A stretch of DNA of 24,000 nucleotides from contig DASXGQ010000025.1 in NCBI GenBank assembly GCA_036488995.1, forward strand, positions 1 through 24,000, in the 5' to 3' direction. Shown in pieces: positions 22,149 to 24,000 of this stretch. Source of the DNA: Caulobacteraceae bacterium. Its GTDB lineage: Bacteria > Pseudomonadota > Alphaproteobacteria > Caulobacterales > Caulobacteraceae. Made by a program: the position numbers and the translations under genes. Within the stretch, counting starts at the first letter, position 1. Each line of letters starts with the position of its first letter. The notes below the pieces were generated by a model. It was given only the letters and a program-made list of their open reading frames with translations. It was not told the origin of the DNA and made no database searches.

Positions 22149-23625
22149 CACGGGCTCCAGTCTCAGGGTTGGGTGTGGTCCAAAGGTGTAGGGCGGCGTA
22201 GCCGCGCCACGGCCGCCACGCCTCGGCGCGGGACGCGAGGGCGGCGGTCGAGGGTCGCACGCCGGCGGAGTCTGCGAGCGCGCGCTGCAGGCCGATGTCC
22301 GCCGCCGGAAAGGCGTCGGGTTCGCGCAGGGCGCGAAGGGCGATGTACTGCGCCGTCCACTCGCCGATCCCGGGCAGGGCGCGCAAACGGCGCACCGCCT
22401 CGCCAGGTTCGCCGGGGCTCTCCCACAGAGACGGATCGTCGGCGCTGGCCCGCGCCATGGCCTCGATCGAGGCCGATCGGGCGCGCGGCATCGGCAGGCC
22501 GGAGAGGTCCGCGCCGGCGAGGGCGGCGGCCGGCGGGAAGGCGTGGGTGATCCCAGGTTCGACCGAGGCGAGCGCTTCGGGAAGCAGGGCCCCGTGTTCG
22601 CGCGCGATGCGCCCGGCCAGGGCGGTGGCCGCGCCGACACTGATCTGCTGGCCGAGGATGGCCCGCACGGCGAGTTCGAAGCCGTCCCAGGCGCCCGGAA
22701 CCCTGAGGCCGGGCCGCGCGGCGACGCGCCAGGCGAGGTCGGGATCGAGGGCAAGGTGGGCGCCGATCGCCTGCGGGTCGGCCGAGAGGTCGAAGATCCG
22801 CCGCACGCGGGCCAAGATGGCCGGGAGAGCGGAGAGGCGAGGAAAGCGGATCGATACGGCCAGCCGGTCCTTCGGCGCCGGGCCCACCGCCAGCAGGCCG
22901 AACTCGCCATCGAGGAGGATCGCGCGCGCATAGCGGTCCGGCCGGACGCTCTCCACGCCTTCGATCGCCCGCATCGATAGAAATCCGATCAGCCCGTCCC
23001 AGTCGTAGGGCGCGCGATAGGGAAGGGTGAGGCGGATCTCCTCGCCCGCGCTGGCGCAAGGCGGTCCGCCGGCGCGTCGCAGCGCTGCCGGCGGACGATC
23101 GTAGAGCGTCTGAAAGGTCTCGTTGAACCGCCGCACGCTGGCGAATCCCGCCGCAAGGGCGACGTCGGCCATGGAGAGTCGCGTCTCGTGGATGAGTTGC
23201 TTGGCCAGCAGGACCCGGCGGGTCTGCGCCACCGCGATCGGAGAGGCGCCAAGATGGATCTTGAACAGCCGGCGCAGCTGTCGCTCGCCCACCCCGACAC
23301 GGCCGGCGAGGGTCTCGACGTCCGCATCGTCCAGCGCCCCAGACTCGATCAGGCGCAAGGCGCGGGCCACGGTGTTGGAGGATCCGCGCCAGGCCCCGCA
23401 GTCGGGCGAAGACTCCGGCCGGCAACGCAGGCAGGGTCGGAACCCGGCCTCCTGGGCCGCCGGGGCCGAAGGGAAGAACATCACGTTTTCCCGCCGGGGC
23501 GTGCGCGCCGGGCAGATCGGCCGGCAGTAGATCCCCGTGGTCTTCACCCCCACGAACACCCGGCCGTCGAAACGGGCGTCGCGGGTCGAGAGCGCGCGGT
23601 AGCAGATGTCGGGATCGAGCGTCAT
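22129..23625 (-). CDS. AdaA-AlkA fusion: Ada Zn-binding methylphosphotriester-repair domain + AraC-type HTH + DNA-3-methyladenine glycosylase II (HhH-GPD)
   Basis: I prefer ATG 23625 (MTLDPDICYRAL...). N-terminus FVGVKTTGIYCRPICPAR...FRPCLRCRP carries the Ada cysteines. AraC HTH: RQLRRLFKIHLGASP...VALAAGFASVRRFNETF. C-terminus LRALPGIGEWTAQYIALRAL..PDAFPAADIGL is the HhH-GPD region with the Asp. The 3' end overlaps the ogt start by 20 nt. Confidence 0.88.
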   Translation of the reverse strand: MTLDPDICYRALSTRDARFDGRVFVGVKTTGIYCRPICPARTPRRENVMFFPSAPAAQEAGFRPCLRCRPESSPDCGAWRGSSNTVARALRLIESGALDDADVETLAGRVGVGERQLRRLFKIHLGASPIAVAQTRRVLLAKQLIHETRLSMADVALAAGFASVRRFNETFQTLYDRPPAALRRAGGPPCASAGEEIRLTLPYRAPYDWDGLIGFLSMRAIEGVESVRPDRYARAILLDGEFGLLAVGPAPKDRLAVSIRFPRLSALPAILARVRRIFDLSADPQAIGAHLALDPDLAWRVAARPGLRVPGAWDGFELAVRAILGQQISVGAATALAGRIAREHGALLPEALASVEPGITHAFPPAAALAGADLSGLPMPRARSASIEAMARASADDPSLWESPGEPGEAVRRLRALPGIGEWTAQYIALRALREPDAFPAADIGLQRALADSAGVRPSTAALASRAEAWRPWRGYAALHLWTTPNPETGARDDRAAA

Positions 23626-23717
23626 GCTCGGATCATCCGCCCCGACGCGCCCGCTGTCTCGCGGTTTTCGGACTCGGTCGTCGAGGGGGTGCGCTCGAGC
23701 TCTCTTGGTCGTGCGCC

Positions 23718-24000
23718 CTAATGCTCCTTGGCCGCATCGCTGCGGGCGCGCACTGCAGGACTCGCCAGATCCACGCACGCCCCGTCGACCCCGCCGGCGA
23801 AGAGGGCGGTGAGCGCGCGGCGGGCGTCGCCCGGCTTTAGGGGCGGTCCGAAGATGTCGCCCGCGCCGCTCACCCAGGCGTGCACGGCGAGTCCCGCGCC
23901 ATGGGCGTTCTCGACCAGCCCGCCCACCTTCAGCGATTTCGGATCGGACACGTCGAGGACCCACTCGGCCGGAAGCGCGACGGTCGTGAGGCCGGCGGCG
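23718..24000 (-). CDS. C-terminal part of a glycerophosphodiester phosphodiesterase-like protein (5' end outside the window)
   Basis: The frame is open to the window edge. ...LVENAHGAGLAVHAWVSG...LFAGGVDGACVDLASP resembles the GDPD C-terminal pattern (AH.aGl.V..WT ... GVDG..TD.P). Only about 93 aa are visible. Confidence 0.45.
   Translation of the reverse strand, partial: AAGLTTVALPAEWVLDVSDPKSLKVGGLVENAHGAGLAVHAWVSGAGDIFGPPLKPGDARRALTALFAGGVDGACVDLASPAVRARSDAAKEH

Noticed and set aside
21522-23964. The upstream extensions of the 445-aa and 611-aa minus ORFs, plus ORFs 21522-22550(+), 22163-23425(-), 22295-22933(+) and 23188-23721(+).
   Set aside because: Homology-like sequence starts only at the internal ATGs (22148 for Ogt, 23625 for AdaA-AlkA), and the upstream parts are Arg-rich nonsense. 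The other ORFs overlap these two genes in other frames or on the other strand.
1-24000. Window-wide look for CRISPR repeats, IS/transposase or integrase genes, tRNA/rRNA genes, toxin-antitoxin pairs, and retron or defence-system signatures.
   Set aside because: None was seen. The only repeats are the 21-bp coding repeat at 17401-17463 and short inverted repeats. No ORF shows transposase, integrase, nuclease or reverse-transcriptase motifs that I can recognise by eye.

Overview
High-GC (about 70% in typical stretches) chromosomal segment that looks alphaproteobacterial: it has a clear GcrA cell-cycle regulator next to argD-argF. I support 24 coding regions. From left to right they are:
- a CheB/CheR/PAS/histidine-kinase fusion gene (minus strand, runs off the left edge, apparently interrupted by a 1-nt frame change) with a divergent single-domain response regulator;
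- a TetR regulator divergent from a strikingly low-GC VOC/glyoxalase-fold gene;
- a minus-strand run of membrane fatty-acid desaturase, SPFH/stomatin-like protein and triple-BON protein;
- an AT-rich non-coding tract, a 58-aa ORF missing from the ORF track, and a hypothetical protein;
- gcrA, an orphan ABC-2 permease, argD, argF and a second orphan receiver protein;
- a YncB/CurA-type NADP oxidoreductase;
- an 856-aa signal-peptide protein with no family I can name, followed by cydD-cydC (no cydAB in the window) and two small putative membrane ORFs;
- an adaA-alkA fusion overlapping ogt, and a partial GDPD-like gene at the right edge.

I found no rRNA, tRNA, CRISPR array, transposase, integrase or recognisable defence system. 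Most long ORFs on the opposite strand of these genes are Arg/Pro-rich shadow ORFs typical of high-GC DNA.

The best candidates for something undescribed are the large secreted protein with cydDC and the small membrane ORFs (14.9-21.5 kb), and the AT-rich tract plus small ORF (8.0-8.7 kb). Both calls are inference, not demonstrated function.
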